DNA of 63,989 nt, filler included, from Porpidia crustulata (Eukaryota), in NCBI GenBank assembly GCA_964255105.1. It is 5 parts of 5 records of this genome, joined end to end, with 100 filler letters (N's around TTAATTAATTAA, not from the genome) between each part and the next. Parts side by side here need not be neighbours in the genome. Positions count along the whole stretch, not along the records: positions 1 to 12,777 come from CAXUWE010000485.1; positions 12,878 to 25,653 come from CAXUWE010000486.1; 3 more parts are not named here. One strand, 5' to 3'. This document shows positions 10,438 to 22,928 of the stretch, piece by piece. The notes beneath the pieces were generated by a model, which saw only the letters and a list, made by a program, of their open reading frames with translations, was not told the DNA's origin and made no database searches. The first letter of the stretch is position 1. Each line of letters opens with the position of its first letter. Both the position numbers and the translations under genes were made by a program.

Positions 10438-12402
10438 ATGGACTGCTTAGGGATGAATACTAATACAGCAGACGCGAAAGACCCGAGGCTTCCGTTTCGG
10501 CGCCGAAAGAGCCGCTCCCTAGTGGATGAACCAGCCACAGCAGAAGCCACAGCCCCAGCCAGAGCTCAAGCCTCTCAGTCTGATACACAAACTACTCGTA
10601 CCTCTTTTGCTGAGCTCTCCACCATCATCAAAAGTCAGTTGGCTTTTCTGTCAATCCAAGGCCGCACCCATGAGGAACTTCAGGCATACCTCGATCTTAC
10701 GGATCAAGAATTCACTGCTATCGGAGCACTCAGACGCTTCGTTTGCTCGTCAGGTAGTCATGTACTTCCCTCACCGACCACTGCCTACCCTTTCATACAA
10801 ATAGCCCCTCGAAAAGACCACGATGTGTCTCGAAGCAGCGTCCAATCAATTGCCGGATCCTCCATTGTCTCTGCGTCTCCCAGCAATACTAGCGGAATTG
10901 CTTCCCGAAGCTCTGTGGCCAGATCCTCCTGGTCGACCGTTGACTCGAACCCTCCAATTAAAAAGCGCATTAGCGGCAATACCCCAAGCAGCCTGCAAAA
11001 GCAACACATCCCTCTTCCGAACCACCCACCTAATTCAGAGACCGTTCACCAAGTGAGTCCACCGCAATCTAGCTACTGGTGTACTGTCTGCGAACACCCC
11101 CGGCGCTTCGAGACATCTGGCGGATGGATAAAGCACGAAAAGGAGGCACATGAAAAAACCGTCTACGTTTGCATGCCAGATGGTCCTACAGTGCGCCGAG
11201 AGCATGAATCAGTCTGTGTATTATGTGGTGAGATAAATCCAGACGAAAGTCACTTGAAGAAACACAACGTTGCACCATGTCTCATGAAAGCGTCGACCGC
11301 TCGGACATATAACAGGAGATATCAACTCGAGAAACACATGGAAAGCCACGGGGTTGCCAAAGACTCCACCATCACCAAAGGATGGCGACGTGATTGCTAC
11401 AAGCAAGCTTGGGCTTGCGGCTTTTGTGTCGCCTACTTCAGTAGACCAACGGAACGTTTCTACCACATTGCCACGCAGCACTACGATCGTGGAGACGATT
11501 TGAGCAAGTGGGATGCATCAAAGGTCATCCTTGGCTTGCTGCAACAGCCCAAAGTCCGTGACGCTTGGAATATTCGAATGAAGCTCCAATTTCCTCATGG
11601 CAAGCAAGACTTACGATGGGACAGGACTCCTACTAGGAGTTTAATCACTATGTTAGAGCTGGGATTGCGGGGCAACGAAGACGGAGAAGGCTTGGCTACG
11701 GCCGCTTTCATTCAATCGGACCACTATCAAGGCCGCATTGAAACCATTCCTCTCCCTAACCAAGCTCCCCTAACCAGTAAAGTCGCTCATAGGGAATACC
11801 AGATCAATCGAGGGCTCACGCAAGGTTTCCGGCGGCTGAGTAGCGACCTCTTCGATGACCGTGAACATCCGACCTCGGCGCCAGGATATGGCTGGGTGGA
11901 TCCTGATCGGCCACAGCCGTTGAGTAGTCAATCGGGCTATAAAGTCGCGCTGGGACCGGACCTCGGGGTTGAGGTCTCGTCAGGGCTACCTGTGCTTCGT
12001 GAGCAGTCGATCAGCTCAATGATATCGCCTACCTTGAAAAATTTCGAAGCTCATCCAGTAGCAACGCATTCCAGCCAGCAAGTAGAGCACTTACCATGGC
12101 CAGGACTCGTAACCGATCAAACGGACCTTATATCTCTATACGATGTCGACGACCCTAATTTCTCTTGGTCCAGCTTTGTGACCAGTACTACAGGCCTCAT
12201 GAATACTGATCCGCCATGGGTTCCTCCCGAACGTCACCCGAATCTAAACGTCGGTAATAATTTTCCCACGCCACAAACATTCGACTTGGTGAGCAAATTC
12301 TCCCCACAATATGGCACCGCTCATGATCGGCTCGGATCTCCAATGGACCTGGATCTAGATTCGGATGAACTGACTCGATTACTTCTTGGTCCTAGCGAGT
12401 AG
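10438..12402 (+). CDS. Fungal C2H2-type zinc-finger protein (putative transcription factor)
   Basis: 654-aa ORF with YWCTVC..F....GW.KHEKEAH, CVLC..H...H, YNRRYQLEKHMESH and AWACGFC..HIATQH, plus low-complexity flanks. Confidence 0.75.
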   Translation: MDCLGMNTNTADAKDPRLPFRRRKSRSLVDEPATAEATAPARAQASQSDTQTTRTSFAELSTIIKSQLAFLSIQGRTHEELQAYLDLTDQEFTAIGALRRFVCSSGSHVLPSPTTAYPFIQIAPRKDHDVSRSSVQSIAGSSIVSASPSNTSGIASRSSVARSSWSTVDSNPPIKKRISGNTPSSLQKQHIPLPNHPPNSETVHQVSPPQSSYWCTVCEHPRRFETSGGWIKHEKEAHEKTVYVCMPDGPTVRREHESVCVLCGEINPDESHLKKHNVAPCLMKASTARTYNRRYQLEKHMESHGVAKDSTITKGWRRDCYKQAWACGFCVAYFSRPTERFYHIATQHYDRGDDLSKWDASKVILGLLQQPKVRDAWNIRMKLQFPHGKQDLRWDRTPTRSLITMLELGLRGNEDGEGLATAAFIQSDHYQGRIETIPLPNQAPLTSKVAHREYQINRGLTQGFRRLSSDLFDDREHPTSAPGYGWVDPDRPQPLSSQSGYKVALGPDLGVEVSSGLPVLREQSISSMISPTLKNFEAHPVATHSSQQVEHLPWPGLVTDQTDLISLYDVDDPNFSWSSFVTSTTGLMNTDPPWVPPERHPNLNVGNNFPTPQTFDLVSKFSPQYGTAHDRLGSPMDLDLDSDELTRLLLGPSE

Positions 12403-12777
12403 GGAGTTCTATGGAGAAAGGAACAAAATAAGTTCTTGAGACTGAGTATAATGTAATTGAGTAGCGGGAGTAAGAACTATAATCTTGGATAGATAGCTAT
12501 ACTCTTGGATTCATGCCCACTAGGTAGAGTTGCTTCTACCGTAGGGGAGGGTGTGCACACTGGCGCTAGTTCTGGTGAGACACATTTCATGGCGCGCTAT
12601 GATAATATCCAGAATTACCTTGCGCAAGTAAGAACGCAGCGCCACCGAAAGAACCCGTCGCTGAGCGCGGGCACGTCGAATGTTTTTTTTTATTTTTTTG
12701 GATAGTAAAGCCATAGACTTTCCCACAAGGCCTGAAGAACTTGAATCTCCCTTCGATGATATTTAGGACAGTTACGA

Positions 12778-12877
12778 NNNNNNNNNNNNNNNNNNNNNNN
12801 NNNNNNNNNNNNNNNNNNNNNTTAATTAATTAANNNNNNNNNNNNNNNNNNNNNNNNNNNNNNNNNNNNNNNNNNNN
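12778..12877. other. Artificial contig spacer N44-TTAATTAATTAA-N44
   Basis: 100-bp gap containing a six-frame stop linker, identical to three others in the window. Confidence 0.98.
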
Positions 12878-15800
12878 GGGAGAGTTCGATGGAGGAGCAG
12901 ACGACGTGAGTGTTGGCAAGGCCGACGGAGAGCATACCGTCAACGAGGTAGGTGAAGGGGCTGATGCGGTACATGAAGATCCAGAAGCGGGGAAGGGTAC
13001 CAGGGGTGGCGAGGACACTGGTGATAAGATCAGTCTGAGGTGTCAAGGAAGGGGTTAGGAAGAGCTTACCCGCAGAATATCAGAGTAAGGGAGAAGAGAA
13101 GTTGGGCGATATTACCGCCGGTCTCGGCGTTTTCGATTCCGGCGATAACCATGTCGGTGAAGGTCGAAGTGAAGAGCAAAAAAGCCAAAATCAGCAAGAA
13201 CATCAAGCCACCGCGTTCAGTAACTTGATTTTCTGGGATAGCATTACGAAACATGCCAATCGGATAATACCAACTGAAAAATAGGATGACTGCCATCAAC
13301 GTATTCCACGGTAGTTCCACAATGATGTTGGATAGCATGAAAACCGTCCATGAGTATGTTTTCGCCGGTCGCTCGCGGACCTCAAATAAAGAGCGCTGCG
13401 TGACGAAATGAGGCATGATCTGTTGTGTCAAATTGCCAAAGATCGTCATCAACATGAAAATGGCAAACAGTTGGTTTTGCAGACCCTGAAGACTGACGGC
13501 CGAATCCCAGAACGAGAAGCCGATAAAGAGGGCAGAGCCAGCACACAGCACTGTTTTGGAGTAGAGGTAGGATGGTGTCCGCCAATATTGTTGGAAGACA
13601 CGTTGAGTAACGGCGAGAATCTGAGTACTGAAGGGTTCGGCAAACTCTCGTAATGCTGTTGGGTCTTTGCTCACGGGTTCTTTAGATAAATCAATCTTCA
13701 TCTCGGCGAGTGTGGCTTTGATATCTTGCTTTTCTTGTGATTCGCGCCAAGTCTGAGGCCAGTCGATTGTATTCTGAGATCCCGGCGCAGCACCTATAAC
13801 ATCCAACATCCATTCGGCGGGGTTTTCTTCTTCGCCGCATCTCCTTGATCCATTCCTCTCAAAATAAGTTGTCAAGGATTCGGAATTCTCTCCGATGGCG
13901 CCAAAGTAGACCGTACGGCCACCACTTGCCAGGAAGAGCAATCGATCAAAGGACTGAAAGAGTACCGCAGAAGGTTGATGGATAGTACAGAGGATGGCTT
14001 GACCGTTATTGGCCAGTTTTCGGAGCAGATTGCAGATAGACCATGCAGTCTGACTGTCAAGACCAGAAGTTGGTTCATCAAGAAAGAGCAGAAGTGCCGG
14101 CTTGGCGGCAAGCTCCACTCCGATGGTCAGTCGCTTCCGCTGCTCAACATTCAGCCCTTCGCCGGGCACACCGACAACAGCATCTGCATAGGATTCCATC
14201 TCGAGCACCTTGATAACTTCATCTACATAGTCCAATTTCTCTTTCTTGGGTGCAGTCTTGGGCTGCCTCAGCAAAGCGCTGAAATTCAAGGCCTCACGGA
14301 CTGTGGAGGTCGAGAGGTGTAAATCTTGCTGCTGCACGTAGCCAGTCTTGCGCTGGAATCCACTGTCACGCTGATGTCCGTTGACCAGCATTCGTCCAGT
14401 CACAATACCCATGGTGACACGACTAGCAAGAACATCTAACAGAGTGGTTTTGCCCGCACCAGAAGCACCCATCAAAGCAGTCAATGTTCCAGGTTTAACC
14501 CAACCATCCACGTCATCGAGTAACCTTCGATGTTCACTCTTGATCTTGATATCGTAGTTCACGCTGTCCCAATGAAAGATAGCAGTCTGCTTTTGTATAC
14601 TGGCGGGAATCTCTCGGCCAGATATAGTTTCCTCGGCAGCCGTACCTTGAGCGGTTTGACGGTCGTTCGACTGTTCTTCCTCGTCATGTTTACTGGCTAG
14701 TCCTGGTACCTGGCCTCGGGGGAAGACTAGAACCTCGCCTTTTGACCTCTGAGCGGAAATGAATTCGGTGGCGAAGAGATATGTCCCGCATAGAAAGACC
14801 GTCAAAGCAATGATGACCCCCAGATTCCTCCAAAGATGTGGGCGAACATATTGGAAGCTCTGAAGAATGTATGCGTCCCCTTCGACATAATTGGACCCCG
14901 CGACAGCGCCAACGGTTGAGCATATATGCTGATCTGGTGCGACACTGTCGTAGCCAGGGCCTGCGGGCACGAATGTAGTGCAGGGGAAGCGACGATTGTG
15001 GAACTCATTTATCATCAAGCTTTCAAAAGCATATGCGACAGGGTCAATGTAGTTTATCCACCGGAACCAGGGATGCATGTTGCCAATTGGCACCGTGAAA
15101 CCTGTGTAGATGATTAATGCCAAGATGAGAATGGCAGCAGGAGCCAGAGCCTGTGACAGAGTACGAGAGGTGGCGGCAATGGTGCGGAAGAACATGGACA
15201 TTGCCAAGACGCAGGTAAATGAGAATAGGTAGAAGGTGAAGAACGCTGACGGTGTCCTCCGCAGATTTGTCATGAAGTAAAGGGTAAGGTTGAATAGAAG
15301 CGATGTAGTAAGTTTGTTTGGCAAGTCGCAGATCATGGACGCTACAGCCTCGGCGTATGGATGGTAAAATGCGTATTTGGCCTGTTTCTCGACAATAGGT
15401 CGTTGGGCATAAAGTGTAAGAATCTATATGAAAAGGTCAATCTAATCGTCCCCAGTCAGGTAGGTCCAGTGCATACCTCAAGAGAGCTGCTAAAGGCATT
15501 GAGCAGTATGGCGAAGAAGAGTAGTGCACCACGGCTATAGAAGGTGCCGGTGTTTGTCTGAAGATTGTAAAACACACTGCCAATGATCAACGCCATGACA
15601 CTATTTCCAATTATGCCTGACAAGGCAAGGCTCATATCTCCACGTAGTCTTTGAAAACCACGTTGCATACAAATTCCAACCTGCATGGGCACAGATAACG
15701 TGTAAGGAGATTTGATGCGCCTGAGAAGGGTTAGTCACTGCTCTACTAGATCAAAGTCCGATGAAACGTACTGTCTTTTCGCTTGTTGTGCCCGGCGGGA

Positions 15801-17225
15801 ATGCTGGAACTTGGCCAAACTCTCACCTCCAACAGGAAACTCGCGTTCGAATTGTTCAATCTCTTGAAGAAGTAGCGATCGGGCTTCACTTTGCTGCCAA
15901 ACCGTAGCAAACTCCTGGGGCGTTCGTGGAACACGACCTTCAAATCCATCCCGCACAATGCGCTCAACAGGATTGGTCAAGGATGTCAGGAAGTCTCCAG
16001 TTGTAGCACGCTCAGTGCAATAAAAACCCAGATTGACAAAGTAAGCCTTGGCCGCAGTGGTGGGCCCAAAGTAGATTTGGCGACCTTCGTAAAGGACGAC
16101 AACCTTGTCGAAGATGTCGTAAATGGACTGAGAAGCTTGATATATAGCTACTGCAGCAGTTGCTCCCAGCATACTCGTCGATAATCGTAGGGTCTTGACA
16201 AACTCTAAAGCGGTCGCACTGTCCAAGCCACGCGTACTGTTATCCCAGCATTGCAGTGGACTCCCGCCTAAGGATGCCTCTGCAATGCTAACACGTTTCC
16301 GCTCGCCACCAGACACTCCTCGCACGAAATCGTTGCCGACCTTGGTGTTGTATGTATGCGAAAGACCGAAGACGGCCATAATAACATCTGTCATATGCTT
16401 GGCATACTGTTCACGCGTGACTCCAGGGATCCGATTCCTTGGAGCTCTGGCGCGAGCAGCAAAATTCAAAGTTTGCCCGACCGTCAGTTGGGGAAAGTGA
16501 ACATCAACCTCTGCTTGATACATACATTCTCCTCGGAAGTCGTGGTGCATTTTCTTCATGGGTATACCTTGGTAGTTGATACTCGACTTTTCGTCCACAA
16601 AGAAACCATCCGTCTCTCCGGCCATTGTCTTCAATAGCGTCGAACATCCGGATCCTGGTCTCCCAAGTACAACAAGCATCTCTCCACTCTTCACCAATCC
16701 CTCGAAATCCTGTAAGATCTGGATTTTCGTTTGCCCTCTACCAGTGATGCGATTGAAGATACCCGCGACTTCCAGCAAAGCATTTCCAAAAGTTTTCTGG
16801 TAGTCGGTCAAAGTACCAAAGCCATGTACATTGAGATTCTTGTAGGAAATTCCGGCAACTCTCTCCGGATATCTCTCGGGGTCCCGGGATTGTATGCCCA
16901 GCAGTGTTTTGGTCCAGGATTCAGCTTTAAATTGCCCAGACAATGGATCCAACAACGGATCGTTGGTGCCTAGGAAAGGATTTGGGTAGCTTCCGCCATG
17001 TGTTTTGATAGAGCTCTGGGTGAATTGGCGCGCAAGGTTTGTGACTTCTTGATCTCCTAGACCTCTGCCAAGATCCCCGAGTGAGGTATCAGTAATACTG
17101 GATTGGTCTGATTTTTCGCCCATACGGTGGTGGTCTTGACTCGAGAACTTTTCGAGAGCATTTTCGACGCCTTTGACAACACCGTCCGCTTGAGGAATTG
17201 CACCCCACGGCCCCGTTGAAGCCAT
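12878..17225 (-). CDS. Full-size ABCG/PDR-type ABC transporter, 3' end cut off by the contig end
   Basis: NBD1 has [22 protein letters not shown] and [13 protein letters not shown]2 has [23 protein letters not shown] and LDEPTSGLD. TMDs follow each NBD. Introns lie near 15723-15771, 15425-15476 and 13020-13069. Confidence 0.97.
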
Positions 17226-17942
17226 TCAATCTCGTTCGCAAAACAATGGAGGGCAAGCGCAATGAGAGACAGTAGAAAACAATTTCACACTATGCAAAAT
17301 GAAGGAAAAGACGAGAAGAAAGGTGAAAGTGATGACTGGAAAGCTGACAGGCAGCGAAAATAATTCGTAATTACTTTCATTACAGTACACCTCATACGGT
17401 CGGTCATCTTTCCACCGGCAAGCAATAATCCCATATCCGAGCTACGTCCGTTTATAGATGCCTGATTTACCGGATCCCGGTAATGCTTGCCAAGCAGGGT
17501 CTTCATCCAATCAGATAATAGAGAAATATTCATCGCGGTTGTTAATGCATCCGAGCAGCCCTATCATTAAATCTGTTTATTGGAGTATGCAGTCATCGTG
17601 CGGCTTTACTAAGCACGGGCACCTTGGCTATGCGCTCCGATTATACCAGGTCGGACACTAGGTAACTTACAGAATGCCGAAAGGGCCACACTGACCTAGA
17701 TGTGCGGATTCGATGCTTTCCGAGACGGGTACAGGAACAGAAGATAGCTGCCTAAATACTCTGGCTCATGGTCCTGCGACTCCAACTACTACAGATCACG
17801 GTTCGAAATTAATGGTACGGCAATTCGCTGTGCTCAGCCAAATCGCTATGCATTAATGGGGGTATCTACAACGCCTGAAAGAGACTCCAAAATTCTGTTT
17901 AGTTCTTACCCAACTCCAGAGACGATTGCCGTCTCATGCCCG

Positions 17943-19431
17943 TCAGTCTACAGGCCTAGCTTTCGGTGGAGGAAGTGTCCCCGATGTCAAATTTCCCTTC
18001 CTCTTCCGAATATTGAAAACCCTCTTCAATCTCTTAAGTTTTGCCCATCTTTCTTTCTCCATGTCTTCCTTGCTCCTCGACGACTCGGGTATTGCATCTG
18101 AACTTGCGATGCTGGCAACCTCGCTTGCTGCGCCGTCCGTTTGAGGCCGTGGCGGATTATCATTGCCTCTCATGGAGTCTTGGGTATTCACTAGCAGGCG
18201 AAGTAAAGTTTCCCAGCCAGCTAGACCCTTTGTCAACGAAACCGGCCGCTGAGGGGCCGCACTTCCGTTCTGTGAGATGCTATTGATCCATGGACAATAG
18301 TCACGGTGTTCACCGATCACATCGAGCCGAGCCATAGCAGCAGGCTCAGGAGGATAGTCATCGGAAGAAGTCGAGGGACTCTTGAACAACCAAAGACCTA
18401 GTCGCCGAAAACAAGTCGTACATGTCGCCAGGCCAACGACGTGGTTTGCTTCTGCTTGCCAGCCAAAGATAGCCAGCGTGAGCGCTTCCATATTAAGAGG
18501 CTGGGGTTCTGCATAAGGTGGCGGGGCATCGGGTGATGGGGTTGCCGGACTTGGTTGCAGTATTCGAAGTATAGCTCGAGAGAACTTGTTCGTCTCGTAT
18601 GAAGTTGGTGTACAGAGATTGGTAGGCAACTCCGATGCCATACTAGAAAGGGATTCATAGCGTAGGCGTAGGCTATCCAGAGCCGTATTTTGGTGGGCAA
18701 GTGGTAGGCGATAGATTGTGTCTGAACAAATGAGGTCAGCAAGAAGGACTTCAGGGCTCAAACATCTCATGAATACCATCGCAACCTCTTCTGCGCCACA
18801 GACAGCCACCAAAGTGTTCAGTAATAATCATCTCTGCGTATTTCTCCACCAATTGCTCCCGTGCATTATCACGCCAGTCCTCGCTCGGTCCTTCCGGAGA
18901 TGCTTCACCGTCCTGAATGCGGATTTGTTCGGAGTCAAGATCTTCCTCATACTCCATTGGATCTGTCCCCAATTTAATCACCACTTCCCTCCCGCAGCCA
19001 CCCACACATCCGACCCTCTCCTTACCAACGCATGTCCAGCCTCGCTTCGCCCATTGCACTTCGTTGATTATCTCGGGCTTGCCCGTCCACCTGTCGACAT
19101 GGCGAAAAGTCGCCAGCCGGTCTAGGAACTGACCTCGATCCCATGGAGCAAAATTGGGTGCTCTGCGCTCTTTGTTCGTGCTTGAAGGACTCATCTGTCT
19201 CAACGAAGGCCGATTCCCTGTGTTTCGCGCCGCAGCGGCATCTTTAATAGAAGATGAGGTAGGTCGCGCTAAACGAGGCTTTTTGACAGCCGGCTCGTTC
19301 GCGGTGGGAAGTGTTGTTGTAGACGCATTGTTATGGTTATTTTGAGGCGCTAGGGAAGGACTAGAAGCATTGGAAATGGAATCGAGTATCTTATTGAACT
19401 TGCGTTTCGTGGTCGTCAGTGTAAAGACCAT
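17943..19431 (-). CDS. C3HC zinc-finger protein, Rsm1/NIPA-like; one intron about 18724-18777
   Basis: PWDRGQFLDRLATF, WAKRGWTC, CVGGC, H..GCLWRRRGCD, LAIFGW, C..CFRRLGLW and EHRDYCPW. Confidence 0.88.
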
Positions 19432-19564
19432 ATTACCGAGTAGAGTGCAGTGGGGATGGCGGAGAAGGGAAGATCAAAGAAGACAAATATCAATCGCCGT
19501 CAATGCTCTCGCTTAAAAGTACCATAGATGTCTTAGGGCTCGCTAGAAACTACCTACGTTGCTC

Positions 19565-19669
19565 TACTCGTTCCCACCCCCAACTGTCCGCACAGTCCGC
19601 CACACATAGGGTTAGGGTTATATCGACCAGTCTTGATGGGGGCGGACCGTTGAGGAGTGGGAACGAGCA
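19565..19669. mobile_element. Telomere-loop hairpin element, family A, in the divergent Rsm1-like/MET22 intergenic region
   Basis: Arms TACTCGTTCCCACCCCCAACTGTCCGC and GCGGACCGTTGAGGAGTGGGAACGAGCA. Loop TAGGGTTAGGGTTATATCGACCAGTCTTGA. Confidence 0.8.
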
Positions 19670-19780
19670 TTGATCGCATATCATTTCGCATTTCGCCATA
19701 ATCACCCCGAATATCGTCGGAATTTGACAGATTTAGCTCTCAAGTCCTAGACTAACGACCACGAATCGAACAACTCCTTG

Positions 19781-20998
19781 ATGAGACTTCCTGAACTCAA
19801 GTTCGGTTTTCTATTCGCTAAGAAGCGTTCTCTCCGGATCTCTCTTGTCGTCCTGGCACTATCTTCTATCCCGATTTTTGCTTCGCGTCTGAATTTACTT
19901 TCTCGTCATTTCAATCATTCGTCTTTCAGACTTTTCTCCACAACATCTAAGATGTCGTACCAGAAAGAACTTCACGTTGCCGAAATGGCTGTTCAACGTA
20001 CCACCCTCCTCACCCAGCGTGTCTTCCACGAAAAAGCCAAAGGCACCCTCTCGAAAGATGATAAATCTCCCGTCACTATCGGCGATTTTGGAGCCCAAGC
20101 ACTTATAATTCAAGCCATACGTTCCAACTTCCCTAAAGACGAGATTGTCGGTGAGGAAGAAGCTAGCTCGCTGCGGGAAAACCAGCCACTTACTGAGCAG
20201 ATCTGGGATCTTGTAAAAGGTGCAAAGCTTGAAGACGGCACGGCCGAGCGCGAGCTAGGAGGGCCGGTGGAAAGTATGGAGCAGATGCTGCAAGCGATTG
20301 ACGCCGGGAACAGCGCGGGTGGGCCGAAGGGGAGGATATGGGCACTGGATCCCATCGACGGAACGAAGGGATTCTTGCGCGGGGGACAGTATGCCGTATG
20401 CCTAGCTCTGATCGAAGACGGCGATGTCAAAGTCGGAGTGCTGGGGTGCCCAAACCTACCTGTCGATAACTCCGCGCCTCTATCCGCAGACGTCGGAGGC
20501 ACCGGACGGGGAGTATTATTCAGTGCCATCCTCGGATCAGGCGCAGCAAGCAGACCGCTCGGGCGTGGCGCCCTCGAGCCAAGCCAACCGATCCACATGA
20601 AGGAGGTCACAGACATCGCTCAAGCCACATTCTGCGAAAGCGTCGAAGCCGGGCATTCCTCCCACGGCGATCAAGCTGCCATTGCCAAGAAACTCGGCAT
20701 CACGAGCGAGAGTGTGCGGATGGACTCGCAGGCAAAGTACGGCTCGATCGCACGGGGCGCAGGAGATTTGTACTTGAGGTTACCGGTGAGTGCGACTTAT
20801 CAGGAGAAGATCTGGGATCATGCGGCGGGGGACTTGATTGTTAGGGAGGCTGGAGGTGAGGTCACGGATTCTGAGGGTAAAAGGTTGGATTTTGGAAAGG
20901 GGAGGACGCTGAGGGATAATAAGGGGGTGGTGGCGGCGCCCAAAGGTGTACATGCCCAGGTACTGGAAGTGGTGAAGAGTGTATTAAGCTCCAAGTAG
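19781..20998 (+). CDS. MET22: 3'(2'),5'-bisphosphate nucleotidase (conserved core starts at ATG 19952)
   Basis: KDDKSPVTIGDFGAQA, GEE, WALDPIDGTKGFLRGGQYAVCLAL, DSQAKY and EKIWDHAAG. Confidence 0.95.
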   Translation: MRLPELKFGFLFAKKRSLRISLVVLALSSIPIFASRLNLLSRHFNHSSFRLFSTTSKMSYQKELHVAEMAVQRTTLLTQRVFHEKAKGTLSKDDKSPVTIGDFGAQALIIQAIRSNFPKDEIVGEEEASSLRENQPLTEQIWDLVKGAKLEDGTAERELGGPVESMEQMLQAIDAGNSAGGPKGRIWALDPIDGTKGFLRGGQYAVCLALIEDGDVKVGVLGCPNLPVDNSAPLSADVGGTGRGVLFSAILGSGAASRPLGRGALEPSQPIHMKEVTDIAQATFCESVEAGHSSHGDQAAIAKKLGITSESVRMDSQAKYGSIARGAGDLYLRLPVSATYQEKIWDHAAGDLIVREAGGEVTDSEGKRLDFGKGRTLRDNKGVVAAPKGVHAQVLEVVKSVLSSK

Positions 20999-21492
20999 AA
21001 TACGAAAAGTGCGTCTGTATCTTCTATGTGTCGAGGTCTCGAAACATGCAGTCCATTTGAAAGGTGCTGCTTGTATTGCTTTCCTAAATCTCCAACACGG
21101 CAATATAATATCATGGGTTATAACTCATGCATAGAGAGCCAACTTATTGAATCCTGCTGTGAGAGTTCATTGACAGCGAGGACTTTAATCAAAAAAAAAA
21201 AACACTATCTCATCGTTTCGGTGGTTGGATCACCGTGGGACTTCGTCAAAGTGAATAAATCCCCTCCCTCTACGTAAGACTTATGATCCATACTCATACA
21301 GTACGGCATCTTGGATATGGAAACCAAAGAAGTATGAGGTACATGACCGTTATTACCTCAGGGAGTACACATAAAAATGAATGGGCCCAATCGAGTATAG
21401 GAACATTGGGTCAGGGGATTGCATACTTTGTTGGCACTTAGTAGGAACGAAACTGGTAACACAATTGAAGAAGCTATATCTACACCTCCCCA

Positions 21493-22344
21493 TCACTTAA
21501 TCTTCTTCGCCTTCAGCTTTATGGTCTCGTCGTTGACGAAAATACCCTTCCCCTTGTACGGTTCCGGCTTCCTCCACATCCTGATCTTTGCCGCAAACTG
21601 CATGACCACCTCCTTCTCAACACCTTCCAATAAGATACGAGTCGGTTGCGGCGTACTGGCTTTCATACCGAGCGGGACCCCAAGCTCGATGGGATGCGAG
21701 TACCCAACCTTTAGAGACACGAATTGTTGATCGGGGTATTCTGGCTTAACGGTTGAAGCCGTTGGCTCTACTGTAGCGCGATATCCTACGCCTACAAGCC
21801 GTAAGATAGCGGTGTGCCCCTCTGATACTCCCAAGATGTGGTTCTGCAGGTATGCTCGAGTTGTTCCTGTGGCATTTAGAAGCTTTCACCGTAAAAGGGG
21901 ATCGTACAACATACCCCACATCTCGCGCTGCTTCCGTATGGTTTGATCTACTACCTCTAGCGCGGCTTTCCTGGTCTCGTCATTGTACTTGAAACCCATG
22001 TATGGGGGTAGATGTAAGGACATTTTTCCTATCAATCGGTCAGTACAATTTTTGGCATAATAACAATGAATATTTTTACCGAGGGGGCCTTCTATTTCAA
22101 GAACTTTTGGGGGCTCTATTCTAGTTATGGACTTCTTGCGCTTTACAGGAGGTTCGAGAAGTCGGAGATTCACTTCGGAAGGAAGGGAGAGAGGTGCAGA
22201 GCCCACTCGAGATGCGCAGGGCGACGAGCTGGAGAAGCATCGTGAAGTCGTGCAGGAGATTGCAGGAACGAGAAAGTCAGGTAGCAAGATAGCTACTCTC
22301 TGTATGGTTTTGAGAAGCGGTGCGCGGCTCCTTTTGACAGCCAT
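21493..22344 (-). CDS. MRPL6: Mitochondrial ribosomal protein uL6m, two introns
   Basis: Presequence-like N-terminus followed by SRVGSAP, GVSEGH..LRLVGVGYRA, LKVGYSHP and RKPEPYKGKGI. Start codon approximate. Confidence 0.92.
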
Positions 22345-22928
22345 GCCAAGTGTTATCAGTTCTGTCATATATCAGAGTTTCTCGAGCGGAGTGAAGTCAA
22401 TGCCAAGACCGGGTAAATCACGTGTTATCGTGATGCACGTCGCGATTTCGCAAATGACTTTTCGCACCTTCCGCCTCTGATTATCTTCCTAAACCATAGG
22501 AATCAAAGCAAGCGTTGCTTTCTACCTACGTGTTTATGACGATAGCGTGGTAGAACGCCTACCTGGTAGCTACGAAGATTTGATGCCCACGCACTATATG
22601 GAGGCTATTCTACGGCTGACGGCGACATTGCGCTGACCCTCTCGAGCTGCTCTGAGACTACGCCGGTCAAGTCCCCGATGTGTGTGAATCAACTCAACCA
22701 GCCTTAAAGAGGAGGCAGTGGGCTATTCCTTTATCTTCACATATCTAATTCTTCCTACACCGGTCCAAGTCACCTTTCCATTCTACTCAAGGCCAGAGGC
22801 TCCAATGCATTCCTTTATGTTGAGGCCAATTAATTCTTGCTGATTTTGAACCCGGTCCACAAGGACTTGATATTGCGTATTGCCTTCTTATTTATTTGTC
22901 TGCATTGTTATAAGCGGTCGCTGTTGCG

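Noticed and set aside
12822..12833. TTAATTAATTAA palindrome recurring every 12.87 kb
   Set aside because: It is always centred in N runs and is a synthetic six-frame stop linker, not biology.
18724..18812. Overlapping ORFs in the Rsm1-like gene suggesting a frameshift
   Set aside because: A normal GT..CTGAC..CAG intron explains the frame change.
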